From: Naegleria gruberi
Lineage: Eukaryota
Length of the DNA stretch: 64,000 nucleotides
Assembly (NCBI GenBank): GCA_000004985.1
Contig: GG738894.1
Reading direction: 5' to 3' (one strand)
Part shown: in pieces, positions 36,001-48,000 of the stretch
Layout of the letters: each line of letters opens with the position of its first letter
How positions within the stretch are numbered: the stretch's first letter is position 1
Notes under the pieces: model-generated
What the model was told of the DNA's origin: nothing
Seen by the model: the letters and a program-made list of their open reading frames with translations, nothing else
Databases searched by the model: none
Program-made: the position numbers and the translations under genes

Positions 36001-39000
36001 NNNNNNNNNNNNNNNNNNNNNNNNNNNNNNNNNNNNNNNNNNNNNNNNNNNNNNNNNNNNNNNNNNNNNNNNNNNNNNNNNNNNNNNNNNNNNNNNNNNN
36101 NNNNNNNNNNNNNNNNNNNNNNNNNNNNNNNNNNNNNNNNNNNNNNNNNNNNNNNNNNNNNNNNNNNNNNNNNNNNNNNNNNNNNNNNNNNNNNNNNNNN
36201 NNNNNNNNNNNNNNNNNNNNNNNNNNNNNNNNNNNNNNNNNNNNNNNNNNNNNNNNNNNNNNNNNNNNNNNNNNNNNNNNNNNNNNNNNNNNNNNNNNNN
36301 NNNNNNNNNNNNNNNNNNNNNNNNNNNNNNNNNNNNNNNNNNNNNNNNNNNNNNNNNNNNNNNNNNNNNNNNNNNNNNNNNNNNNNNNNNNNNNNNNNNN
36401 NNNNNNNNNNNNNNNNNNNNNNNNNNNNNNNNNNNNNNNNNNNNNNNNNNNNNNNNNNNNNNNNNNNNNNNNNNNNNNNNNNNNNNNNNNNNNNNNNNNN
36501 NNNNNNNNNNNNNNNNNNNNNNNNNNNNNNNNNNNNNNNNNNNNNNNNNNNNNNNNNNNNNNNNNNNNNNNNNNNNNNNNNNNNNNNNNNNNNNNNNNNN
36601 NNNNNNNNNNNNNNNNNNNNNNNNNNNNNNNNNNNNNNNNNNNNNNNNNNNNNNNNNNNNNNNNNNNNNNNNNNNNNNNNNNNNNNNNNNNNNNNNNNNN
36701 NNNNNNNNNNNNNNNNNNNNNNNNNNNNNNNNNNNNNNNNNNNNNNNNNNNNNNNNNNNNNNNNNNNNNNNNNNNNNNNNNNNNNNNNNNNNNNNNNNNN
36801 NNNNNNNNNNNNNNNNNNNNNNNNNNNNNNNNNNNNNNNNNNNNNNNNNNNNNNNNNNNNNNNNNNNNNNNNNNNNNNNNNNNNNNNNNNNNNNNNNNNN
36901 NNNNNNNNNNNNNNNNNNNNNNNNNNNNNNNNNNNNNNNNNNNNNNNNNNNNNNNNNNNNNNNNNNNNNNNNNNNNNNNNNNNNNNNNNNNNNNNNNNNN
37001 NNNNNNNNNNNNNNNNNNNNNNNNNNNNNNNNNNNNNNNNNNNNNNNNNNNNNNNNNNNNNNNNNNNNNNNNNNNNNNNNNNNNNNNNNNNNNNNNNNNN
37101 NNNNNNNNNNNNNNNNNNNNNNNNNNNNNNNNNNNNNNNNNNNNNNNNNNNNNNNNNNNNNNNNNNNNNNNNNNNNNNNNNNNNNNNNNNNNNNNNNNNN
37201 NNNNNNNNNNNNNNNNNNNNNNNNNNNNNNNNNNNNNNNNNNNNNNNNNNNNNNNNNNNNNNNNNNNNNNNNNNNNNNNNNNNNNNNNNNNNNNNNNNNN
37301 NNNNNNNNNNNNNNNNNNNNNNNNNNNNNNNNNNNNNNNNNNNNNNNNNNNNNNNNNNNNNNNNNNNNNNNNNNNNNNNNNNNNNNNNNNNNNNNNNNNN
37401 NNNNNNNNNNNNNNNNNNNNNNNNNNNNNNNNNNNNNNNNNNNNNNNNNNNNNNNNNNNNNNNNNNNNNNNNNNNNNNNNNNNNNNNNNNNNNNNNNNNN
37501 NNNNNNNNNNNNNNNNNNNNNNNNNNNNNNNNNNNNNNNNNNNNNNNNNNNNNNNNNNNNNNNNNNNNNNNNNNNNNNNNNNNNNNNNNNNNNNNNNNNN
37601 NNNNNNNNNNNNNNNNNNNNNNNNNNNNNNNNNNNNNNNNNNNNNNNNNNNNNNNNNNNNNNNNNNNNNNNNNNNNNNNNNNNNNNNNNNNNNNNNNNNN
37701 NNNNNNNNNNNNNNNNNNNNNNNNNNNNNNNNNNNNNNNNNNNNNNNNNNNNNNNNNNNNNNNNNNNNNNNNNNNNNNNNNNNNNNNNNNNNNNNNNNNN
37801 NNNNNNNNNNNNNNNNNNNNNNNNNNNNNNNNNNNNNNNNNNNNNNNNNNNNNNNNNNNNNNNNNNNNNNNNNNNNNNNNNNNNNNNNNNNNNNNNNNNN
37901 NNNNNNNNNNNNNNNNNNNNNNNNNNNNNNNNNNNNNNNNNNNNNNNNNNNNNNNNNNNNNNNNNNNNNNNNNNNNNNNNNNNNNNNNNNNNNNNNNNNN
38001 NNNNNNNNNNNNNNNNNNNNNNNNNNNNNNNNNNNNNNNNNNNNNNNNNNNNNNNNNNNNNNNNNNNNNNNNNNNNNNNNNNNNNNNNNNNNNNNNNNNN
38101 NNNNNNNNNNNNNNNNNNNNNNNNNNNNNNNNNNNNNNNNNNNNNNNNNNNNNNNNNNNNNNNNNNNNNNNNNNNNNNNNNNNNNNNNNNNNNNNNNNNN
38201 NNNNNNNNNNNNNNNNNNNNNNNNNNNNNNNNNNNNNNNNNNNNNNNNNNNNNNNNNNNNNNNNNNNNNNNNNNNNNNNNNNNNNNNNNNNNNNNNNNNN
38301 NNNNNNNNNNNNNNNNNNNNNNNNNNNNNNNNNNNNNNNNNNNNNNNNNNNNNNNNNNNNNNNNNNNNNNNNNNNNNNNNNNNNNNNNNNNNNNNNNNNN
38401 NNNNNNNNNNNNNNNNNNNNNNNNNNNNNNNNNNNNNNNNNNNNNNNNNNNNNNNNNNNNNNNNNNNNNNNNNNNNNNNNNNNNNNNNNNNNNNNNNNNN
38501 NNNNNNNNNNNNNNNNNNNNNNNNNNNNNNNNNNNNNNNNNNNNNNNNNNNNNNNNNNNNNNNNNNNNNNNNNNNNNNNNNNNNNNNNNNNNNNNNNNNN
38601 NNNNNNNNNNNNNNNNNNNNNNNNNNNNNNNNNNNNNNNNNNNNNNNNNNNNNNNNNNNNNNNNNNNNNNNNNNNNNNNNNNNNNNNNNNNNNNNNNNNN
38701 NNNNNNNNNNNNNNNNNNNNNNNNNNNNNNNNNNNNNNNNNNNNNNNNNNNNNNNNNNNNNNNNNNNNNNNNNNNNNNNNNNNNNNNNNNNNNNNNNNNN
38801 NNNNNNNNNNNNNNNNNNNNNNNNNNNNNNNNNNNNNNNNNNNNNNNNNNNNNNNNNNNNNNNNNNNNNNNNNNNNNNNNNNNNNNNNNNNNNNNNNNNN
38901 NNNNNNNNNNNNNNNNNNNNNNNNNNNNNNNNNNNNNNNNNNNNNNNNNNNNNNNNNNNNNNNNNNNNNNNNNNNNNNNNNNNNNNNNNNNNNNNNNNNN

Positions 39001-41860
39001 NNNNNNNNNNNNNNNNNNNNNNNNNNNNNNNNNNNNNNNNNNNNNNNNNNNNNNNNNNNNNNNNNNNNNNNNNNNNNNNNNNNNNNNNNNNNNNNNNNNN
39101 NNNNNNNNNNNNNNNNNNNNNNNNNNNNNNNNNNNNNNNNNNNNNNNNNNNNNNNNNNNNNNNNNNNNNNNNNNNNNNNNNNNNNNNNNNNNNNNNNNNN
39201 NNNNNNNNNNNNNNNNNNNNNNNNNNNNNNNNNNNNNNNNNNNNNNNNNNNNNNNNNNNNNNNNNNNNNNNNNNNNNNNNNNNNNNNNNNNNNNNNNNNN
39301 NNNNNNNNNNNNNNNNNNNNNNNNNNNNNNNNNNNNNNNNNNNNNNNNNNNNNNNNNNNNNNNNNNNNNNNNNNNNNNNNNNNNNNNNNNNNNNNNNNNN
39401 NNNNNNNNNNNNNNNNNNNNNNNNNNNNNNNNNNNNNNNNNNNNNNNNNNNNNNNNNNNNNNNNNNNNNNNNNNNNNNNNNNNNNNNNNNNNNNNNNNNN
39501 NNNNNNNNNNNNNNNNNNNNNNNNNNNNNNNNNNNNNNNNNNNNNNNNNNNNNNNNNNNNNNNNNNNNNNNNNNNNNNNNNNNNNNNNNNNNNNNNNNNN
39601 NNNNNNNNNNNNNNNNNNNNNNNNNNNNNNNNNNNNNNNNNNNNNNNNNNNNNNNNNNNNNNNNNNNNNNNNNNNNNNNNNNNNNNNNNNNNNNNNNNNN
39701 NNNNNNNNNNNNNNNNNNNNNNNNNNNNNNNNNNNNNNNNNNNNNNNNNNNNNNNNNNNNNNNNNNNNNNNNNNNNNNNNNNNNNNNNNNNNNNNNNNNN
39801 NNNNNNNNNNNNNNNNNNNNNNNNNNNNNNNNNNNNNNNNNNNNNNNNNNNNNNNNNNNNNNNNNNNNNNNNNNNNNNNNNNNNNNNNNNNNNNNNNNNN
39901 NNNNNNNNNNNNNNNNNNNNNNNNNNNNNNNNNNNNNNNNNNNNNNNNNNNNNNNNNNNNNNNNNNNNNNNNNNNNNNNNNNNNNNNNNNNNNNNNNNNN
40001 NNNNNNNNNNNNNNNNNNNNNNNNNNNNNNNNNNNNNNNNNNNNNNNNNNNNNNNNNNNNNNNNNNNNNNNNNNNNNNNNNNNNNNNNNNNNNNNNNNNN
40101 NNNNNNNNNNNNNNNNNNNNNNNNNNNNNNNNNNNNNNNNNNNNNNNNNNNNNNNNNNNNNNNNNNNNNNNNNNNNNNNNNNNNNNNNNNNNNNNNNNNN
40201 NNNNNNNNNNNNNNNNNNNNNNNNNNNNNNNNNNNNNNNNNNNNNNNNNNNNNNNNNNNNNNNNNNNNNNNNNNNNNNNNNNNNNNNNNNNNNNNNNNNN
40301 NNNNNNNNNNNNNNNNNNNNNNNNNNNNNNNNNNNNNNNNNNNNNNNNNNNNNNNNNNNNNNNNNNNNNNNNNNNNNNNNNNNNNNNNNNNNNNNNNNNN
40401 NNNNNNNNNNNNNNNNNNNNNNNNNNNNNNNNNNNNNNNNNNNNNNNNNNNNNNNNNNNNNNNNNNNNNNNNNNNNNNNNNNNNNNNNNNNNNNNNNNNN
40501 NNNNNNNNNNNNNNNNNNNNNNNNNNNNNNNNNNNNNNNNNNNNNNNNNNNNNNNNNNNNNNNNNNNNNNNNNNNNNNNNNNNNNNNNNNNNNNNNNNNN
40601 NNNNNNNNNNNNNNNNNNNNNNNNNNNNNNNNNNNNNNNNNNNNNNNNNNNNNNNNNNNNNNNNNNNNNNNNNNNNNNNNNNNNNNNNNNNNNNNNNNNN
40701 NNNNNNNNNNNNNNNNNNNNNNNNNNNNNNNNNNNNNNNNNNNNNNNNNNNNNNNNNNNNNNNNNNNNNNNNNNNNNNNNNNNNNNNNNNNNNNNNNNNN
40801 NNNNNNNNNNNNNNNNNNNNNNNNNNNNNNNNNNNNNNNNNNNNNNNNNNNNNNNNNNNNNNNNNNNNNNNNNNNNNNNNNNNNNNNNNNNNNNNNNNNN
40901 NNNNNNNNNNNNNNNNNNNNNNNNNNNNNNNNNNNNNNNNNNNNNNNNNNNNNNNNNNNNNNNNNNNNNNNNNNNNNNNNNNNNNNNNNNNNNNNNNNNN
41001 NNNNNNNNNNNNNNNNNNNNNNNNNNNNNNNNNNNNNNNNNNNNNNNNNNNNNNNNNNNNNNNNNNNNNNNNNNNNNNNNNNNNNNNNNNNNNNNNNNNN
41101 NNNNNNNNNNNNNNNNNNNNNNNNNNNNNNNNNNNNNNNNNNNNNNNNNNNNNNNNNNNNNNNNNNNNNNNNNNNNNNNNNNNNNNNNNNNNNNNNNNNN
41201 NNNNNNNNNNNNNNNNNNNNNNNNNNNNNNNNNNNNNNNNNNNNNNNNNNNNNNNNNNNNNNNNNNNNNNNNNNNNNNNNNNNNNNNNNNNNNNNNNNNN
41301 NNNNNNNNNNNNNNNNNNNNNNNNNNNNNNNNNNNNNNNNNNNNNNNNNNNNNNNNNNNNNNNNNNNNNNNNNNNNNNNNNNNNNNNNNNNNNNNNNNNN
41401 NNNNNNNNNNNNNNNNNNNNNNNNNNNNNNNNNNNNNNNNNNNNNNNNNNNNNNNNNNNNNNNNNNNNNNNNNNNNNNNNNNNNNNNNNNNNNNNNNNNN
41501 NNNNNNNNNNNNNNNNNNNNNNNNNNNNNNNNNNNNNNNNNNNNNNNNNNNNNNNNNNNNNNNNNNNNNNNNNNNNNNNNNNNNNNNNNNNNNNNNNNNN
41601 NNNNNNNNNNNNNNNNNNNNNNNNNNNNNNNNNNNNNNNNNNNNNNNNNNNNNNNNNNNNNNNNNNNNNNNNNNNNNNNNNNNNNNNNNNNNNNNNNNNN
41701 NNNNNNNNNNNNNNNNNNNNNNNNNNNNNNNNNNNNNNNNNNNNNNNNNNNNNNNNNNNNNNNNNNNNNNNNNNNNNNNNNNNNNNNNNNNNNNNNNNNN
41801 NNNNNNNNNNNNNNNNNNNNNNNNNNNNNNNNNNNNNNNNNNNNNNNNNNNNNNNNNNNN
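1..41860. other. Unresolved sequence (continuous run of N; assembly gap or masked region)
   Basis: Every base from 1 to 41860 is 'n'. The first real base is at 41861. Confidence 1.
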
Positions 41861-43302
41861 TCCTTGACCACTCGAATATTAATACTCAATCTTTTTCTAT
41901 TTCTGATTTTGGTTTTCCTAATTTTGTTCTTTTTGGTTCGAATTGGCACTTTGTCAGACCAATACTCCTCTGTGTCATAGCCAGAGAGACTGGATTCTTC
42001 TTCGGTGGCTTCTTCTAGCTCAGTAAAAATTGTTTCGTTTTGGGATTCGGATTCGGGTATGGTAGTTACATCTTCATTTAGTTGTTTTTCTCTATCGTAC
42101 TGTCCTTTGTCATTTGTTTTTTCTAATTCCAAATCAACCTCAGTTCCCTCTTCATCTGAATCAAACTCATCGTCATCACTCAGTGAGCTATATTCATCAT
42201 CACTCGAAAAGTCTTCTTCACTTTCCGCTCCAGAATAAACCATTTGAGGTTCTGTCTTGTCCAAGTATTGTTGAGATGACAATGAAAATTGTTCTAACTC
42301 TTCTGTCAATTTGCTGTCCCATTTTAACCTTTTCCTTAATTTCTTAGCTACTGGAAGTTTATAAACTATATCACAAAAGTAGTTTTCAAAGTATGAGGAT
42401 GTTAGTTCAATGAGATGGGAGAAATTTTTTACTCCAATATTGTACAACATTAACTCAACTCCTGCCAATATTCTGCCAAGCCTTTTTCTTGTTCTGTCAT
42501 TGTAGCATGAATCATTTGTTCTGACATCAAGTACTTCACTACTATTTGCACTCTGCCTCGAGGTTGTAATAAATTTACTGTTGGGGAAGTTTGACATGTA
42601 CGATTGAGCTGCCAGTAATGTGTATGCTGGATCTACAGTTAACGAAAGTTGTTTCATGTTCATGACAGAATAAACATTTCCATTATTCTTAATAAAGGTT
42701 GAAGGGTGGTCTTTTTCTACAAATTGTGAGAAGTCCATTTCTCCATATTCCAAAGAATAATCAATATTCTCCAAGGCCTTCTTTGGTGCCTTTTTTTTTG
42801 GTGAACCTAATTCAGAAGAAGCAGCTCGTTTATTAGATTCCTGAGGTGTTGGTTCAGAATTTTCTAAAAAAGAAGATGGTAAAAAAGACGACTGGGTGCT
42901 TAATACATCAACATTTGAATCTTGAGTCAAATTGAGTCTTTGGGTATTTGAAATTGGAGATGTGTTATTGAAAGGAGTTGTCACATGTTGAATGTTGACT
43001 CGTTGTTGGAAGTTTGATGTTGGAGTTGTTGTTGTTTCATGTTGACCAATGTTAACTCGTTGTTGAAAGTATCTTACATGATTTGAGGTAGGAATAATGT
43101 GTTGAAGGATAGGTGTTGGACTCGGAGACACCACATAGTTTGGAGAGGTTATGTGGATTGGTATTTGAGATGTGGGTGTTGTGTTGAAGGCTCTGATATT
43201 GGGGCATGTTGCTGGTTGACAACGGAATGGGCTGTAGAGTAAGGGTGATCTGTATGATTGACGTTGGTTGATGATTACCTGATGGTTGACTTGTTGATTC
43301 AT
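41861..43302 (-). CDS. Hypothetical Gln/Thr/Ser- and acidic-rich protein, 3'-partial (C-terminus runs into the N gap)
   Basis: I reverse-complemented 41861-43302 by hand. It gives one uninterrupted reading frame of about 480 codons on the minus strand. It starts at ATG 43302-43300 in an AAAAAA-ATG context (MNQQVNHQVIINQRQSYRSPLLYSPFRCQPATCPN...). It continues ...GRILAGVELMLYNIGVKNFSHLIELTSSYFENYFCDIVYKLPVAKKLRKRLKWDSKLTEELEQF..., then an acidic Ser/Asp/Glu tail (SDDEYSSLSDDDEFDSDEEGTEVDLELEK), then ...RTKKNKIRKTKIRNRKRLSINIRVVK, with no stop codon before the gap. It is missing from the ORF track, presumably because it lacks a terminator. I recognise no domain. Confidence 0.55.
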
Positions 43303-43395
43303 TTTTTTGAATTTAAATTGAAACGGCTATATCTATTGAACAACAATTTCCATGTCTTTCTCGCAATTTGAATGATGACTAGACTTGATTGGATC

Positions 43396-44172
43396 TTACA
43401 CTGATGGTAGGGAGATGTAGTTAATTTTCATCCTATGTAACAAAACTTTTTGGCCAAATTTGCACGTGTTGTTGATAAGCTTAACCTGAAAGTTGCCCCA
43501 ATCATCATACTTATCCAAACATGGAAGACAATTCTTGAATCGAAATTGGATACATTCTTCCTTAACTTTAATACCATGCTTCTTAACAACTTGGAACCAT
43601 TGATTGAATACACCATTTGTTTCCTTCAATATCAAGTAAAAGACTGTTGGTAGACATGAACCAAGAGTAAGATGGTGGACTCTACTAGTGTTTCTCATTT
43701 CCAAATGATCATTAATGATAGAACGGGCACACTTGGCAAACATATCCCAAACCACTCTATAAACCTGTTTTACCTCACTTGAAATATCTGTCCAACATTG
43801 ATACTTTGGTGCATATGAATAAACTCCCTTTTCCAAAATAAAATCACACTCCTCATAATCACGTTCATCATCCTCATCCAAAATAACTTTCCTCTTCTTT
43901 GCCTTTGATTTAGATCTTTTTCCACTTGAACTTTGTTTGGTTTGTTCAGATGTTTGAAAGTCGGATGATGTTGAAAGATGAAAAACAAGTGATGGAGAAT
44001 TAGATGACGGAGAAGATGAAGAATTACTACTAATATTGATGCTAGTAAAAGATGGAGCATCAAACATGTCTAAAGTTCCTTCACAGAGTACAGTTTCATG
44101 GTTGTTCATTGTTAGTGTTGTTGATGTATTATGATATTTGTTTTGAGTTGAATTTGGTATGAACAAACGCAT
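43396..44172 (-). CDS. Hypothetical protein with Ser-rich N-terminus, basic NLS-like stretch and Cys/His-rich C-terminal region
   Basis: A 258-aa ORF with a genuine ATG at 44172. It has Ser-rich low complexity (SINISSNSSSSPSSNSPS), a KRSKSKAKKRKV basic cluster and an acidic stretch (DEDDERDYEE). The C-terminal roughly 140 aa has spaced Cys and His residues (CDF...QCW...AKCAR...HHLTLGSC...CIQFRFKNCLPC), possibly a zinc-binding module. No family is recognised. The codon usage matches the neighbouring genes. Confidence 0.5.
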   Translation of the reverse strand: MRLFIPNSTQNKYHNTSTTLTMNNHETVLCEGTLDMFDAPSFTSINISSNSSSSPSSNSPSLVFHLSTSSDFQTSEQTKQSSSGKRSKSKAKKRKVILDEDDERDYEECDFILEKGVYSYAPKYQCWTDISSEVKQVYRVVWDMFAKCARSIINDHLEMRNTSRVHHLTLGSCLPTVFYLILKETNGVFNQWFQVVKKHGIKVKEECIQFRFKNCLPCLDKYDDWGNFQVKLINNTCKFGQKVLLHRMKINYISLPSV

Positions 44173-45031
44173 TGTTGTATTTATTCATTTTTTTCAAAAT
44201 GGTTCAAGTTGGTTGTACGGCAACCATTACAGCAACTTGTCGTTTAATAAGAAAAGAGGCTGAAAAATATTGCAGTGAAATATTTTCTCCTCAATGTATT
44301 TATTTATTCTGTATTTCTTCTTTTTACTCCTCAAAAACTGTAATACAATTGATGGTTACTTTAACACATGCTCATTCACTACAGAAACACTCAAAAAAAA
44401 AACTAATTCTTTAATAAGGCTTTTAAAAAGCTTTAGAGATGGCACCTCATTCCCGGCACGCATGGTAATCATGGCCTGTATTCAATCGGTGTTGAATTCA
44501 GTTGTGGAAATCAGAGGATTCCACTGCCAAGCAAGTACTTTTCTGGCATCTCTATGAGGTGCTGATCTGGGCAGCTTTTCTTTTTTCTTATGCTGTATGC
44601 TCCTTTGTCAAGAAGCACAATAGATTTGATAGTGATGACTTGATAAATAGGTGAAGAAGGGAAATTTTCATAAACCGTTATGGTTTGAAAAAACTGACTT
44701 CCACTGTTTACTGGAACAAAATCTACAGAATACAGAATACGGATTCTGTCATTTTGCAAAACATTTTCTGATTAGGGCCAAACTTAATCCTCTAACATGT
44801 TCAACATACTTCTAATTACTGTAAATCACTTGGGTATTGTTTCGGACCGGTAGAACTATTCATGAATATTGGCAACTTCCACCAATCAAAGGATCCATGG
44901 AAGGACGCACCTCTGCGGAGGTTCATTTATGTTATCTTGCAATATCCTGTTCATGTTCAAATGAGACAATTAAATTGGTATATAGGGCAACACAGGAGGC
45001 AACAATAGAAATTAGAAAGGCACCAAAAAAA

Positions 45032-48000
45032 ATGCACAATATTAGTATCTCCTATTGGTGTGTTGTGATATTGTTATTCATCTGTTTTGCACAACCTTTT
45101 TTACTGCAGAGGAGTTGTGTTGTTGTTGCAGAGGAGTATCAATTACATTCCCTGACAGGACATAAAGGAAATGGACAAGATTTTGACAGGACATTCTCTG
45201 CTAAACATGCCTTTCTGGCAGAACCGTGTGGAATTTGTTTTGGACTAAATGATGAAATTTACATTTCAGATTGTGTAAGAAACTATATTTTCAAGATATT
45301 TCCAAATGAAAGTATGATTGTGTTTGGAGGGTTGGGCAGTACGGGATTCAATCAGGATGGTTATGATGTAAAACAAACTCTTTTCGACTCTCCTTCATCA
45401 TTGAGTGTGGCACCTAATGGTGATTTATATATTGCTGATACGAACAATGATAAGATTCGTGTGGTTTCGGCGGAGACAAGATTGGTTTCATCATTGCCAT
45501 TCACTTTCAAACATCCATTGGGAGTGTTTGCTTCCTCTAACAACATGCTTTATATTGCAGGTAAGTTGTCTTTTGCTATTTCATACGAAACCAAAATAGA
45601 TACTGGAAACAATATGATAAAGAAATATGATATTTCCCAAAAGGTATTGACAACTATTGCTGGAGGAACTGGTTATTTGGATGGATCATATGATAATGTT
45701 GATGGAAATTCAATCATTCTTCACTCACCAAAGAATATTCATGTTGTTTCGAGTGGTAAAGATGACACTGTTTATTTCACTGATGAAGAAAGACTAAAAT
45801 TAATTGATAGCAATGGAAAATATCGTGTGATTGCCATTCCTGAACTTAAATCCAATTTGTAAGTGTCCACTGCTTTTTTTATTGTTCATTTTACAATTCA
45901 AATTCACAAAGATATGGAATAGCTGTAACATCAGCGAATGAAATATGGACATCTTCAGATAGACAACATTTCATTCAAATGAATTCCATTGGATCTTCAC
46001 AACCTTCAACAATTATTGGTGAAAAAGATTCTTTTGGATACGAAGGTGATAATTTGATTGATTCCTTTTCGAGTGTGAGATTTTATGAACCTCGATCTTT
46101 GATAGTGAAAGATTCAATTATTCTAGTTATTGATAGGTATAATAATTGTGTGAGAAAGATTGATACACAGAAAAAGACAGTTTCAACATTCTCTGGAGGA
46201 TTAATTAATCATTCATATGGTGAAGACATTCCCAGATTTGAGGTGTCACCACTCAATACATTATATAGACCATTCACATACAAGAATGAGTTGTACTTCA
46301 TAGAGCAAAATTATATAATTAGAAAGGTTTCGAACAATGATGGGCTTATCAAGACAATATTTGGATCGGGTATTCAATTGAGAACTGAAAATTCACCAAC
46401 AAGAGTCTTTAGGTATATCGCAAGTGTTTTCTGTTTTCCAAATGGAGATTTAGTAATTACTAGTTCAAACGAATTCTATATTCTCAATTTAGAAACATTT
46501 ACAATGCAGAAAATTACTAATGTTGGCCCCAAGACAATTCTTTCAATTTCAGCAATAGTTGGCATTGGGAATTCTTTCAAGAATAGCACTATATATTTCT
46601 CCAATGAAGGTACTATTTACAAATATCAGAATGAAAGTGTTCAAGACTCCATGCCAACAGGTTTGGTGCCATCTAACCTTGCAATTTTGAACAATGATTT
46701 ATACTTTTCTACATCAGGATATCTTGTAAAAGTTAATTGGAACGAAACTACTACTTTGATAGCCGTTCCAAGGGGTGTTAACAGGATATCACAAGATTCC
46801 AAAACTGGAAAGATTTATCTTTCCAATACATACAGACTCTACGAAGCAAACGTAAGTAATTTCAGAGTTGAAAAGGTTGCTGGTGTCGATCCATTTGAAT
46901 ATTCTGTTGGGAATAGCATTGATTTTTTTGGATATAGTGGTGAGAATGTGAATGCTAACCAATCGGTAATGTAAGTAGCTCTTTTACAAATGTTATTCGA
47001 AATATTATGTATCAATTAGCTCTGTTTCTTTTATACATGCTGACAATGATAATGTTTATCTCTCTACTGCTTCCTCATACATACGTGTGATATATAATGG
47101 AGTTGTGCGCACTGTTGTGGGAAGTAGTCCATTTTCGAAAAAAACTGGAAGAACCCTATATTCATTTTGTAGAGATCCTATTAATGAAATTATTTACATG
47201 TTGGACAATAATGTGTTGAAGAAGTATGATGAGAAAACAGGAGAAGTTACATCTCTTCTGCCAGCTGTTGAAGTAATTTCATCAAATTCGTTAGTTCAAA
47301 CAAGTGCTTCTCCTTTTTTAGCAATTAAACCAAAGACTGACACGAAAATGATATTCTCAACATTTGATAACATGATATATTTCTCTGATTATTGTAGAAT
47401 ATTACAAATTGACCCAAAAACATTGAAATATCAAAAAGTGGCGGGAAGTATGTGTGGAGATGTAATACCAGATATTCCAGCTATACAATCTCCTTTACCT
47501 ACAAATCCCCCAAAAGGCCTTTCAGTTAATCCTGTAAATGGTGATCTCTACATTAGTTATGCTGATTTTTTTGGAAAGCTTGAAAAGACTTCAGGTATGA
47601 TTCGTGCATTATTTAGGAGTTTTCCATTTAGTCCAATAGAACCAAGTGATGGTCATGTTGGAAATAGCACTTTTATTGGGACGATCTCAACTTCCTATGC
47701 CATTAGTGATCAGACAATTTACTTTAGCACAAATACAAAAATTAGAGTTTTGGAGCTAGCTCAAAATGGTTCATACTACCTCAGAACTATTGTTGGAGAT
47801 GGGAATGGCGGATATTCAGGTGATAATTTACCTGCATTGAGTTCATCTGTACAAAACCCAAAGGCATTCCATGTTAAAAAGAATGGGGATATTGTATTTG
47901 TGGATGAAGGAAATTACCTTATTAGAAAATTTGTAAAAGCAACAGGTCTATTGAAGAATATAGCAGGAAAACCTCGTCAAATGACAGGTTATTATTCAGG

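Noticed and set aside
42005-42347. + strand ORFs 42005..42238 and 42114..42347 (Ser-rich)
   Set aside because: They lie antisense inside the long uninterrupted minus-strand coding frame 41861-43302. Their Ser-rich composition mirrors the acidic/Ser tail of that gene.
43303-43398. Single-gene model joining the two minus-strand ORFs through an intron
   Set aside because: The only in-phase GT...AG option (GTGTAAGAT...ATATAG, 75 nt) has a poor donor. The good GTAAGA donor two bases downstream has no acceptor in a compatible phase. They are kept as two genes with the anomaly flagged.
43770-44063. 97-aa minus ORF, and 43428..43616 (-) and 43450..43653 (+)
   Set aside because: They are alternative-frame or antisense ORFs wholly inside the 43396-44172 gene.
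44640-44760. Possible RNase P/MRP CR-I/CR-V-like strings (AGGGAAAUUUUC ... ACAGAAUACGGAUUC)
   Set aside because: Resemblance to the conserved P4 strands is partial, and I could not draw a convincing P4 pairing or other helices. It is retained only as part of the generic unassigned-block finding.
44837-45031. ORF-track 'M' starts at 44837 (TTG) and 47087 (GTG), plus the GTG at 52790 and the GTG at 62898
   Set aside because: The track translates alternative bacterial start codons as M. In this eukaryotic context they are not initiation codons. The real starts are the A-run ATGs at 45032 and 52769, and 47087 and 62898 are internal exon sequence.
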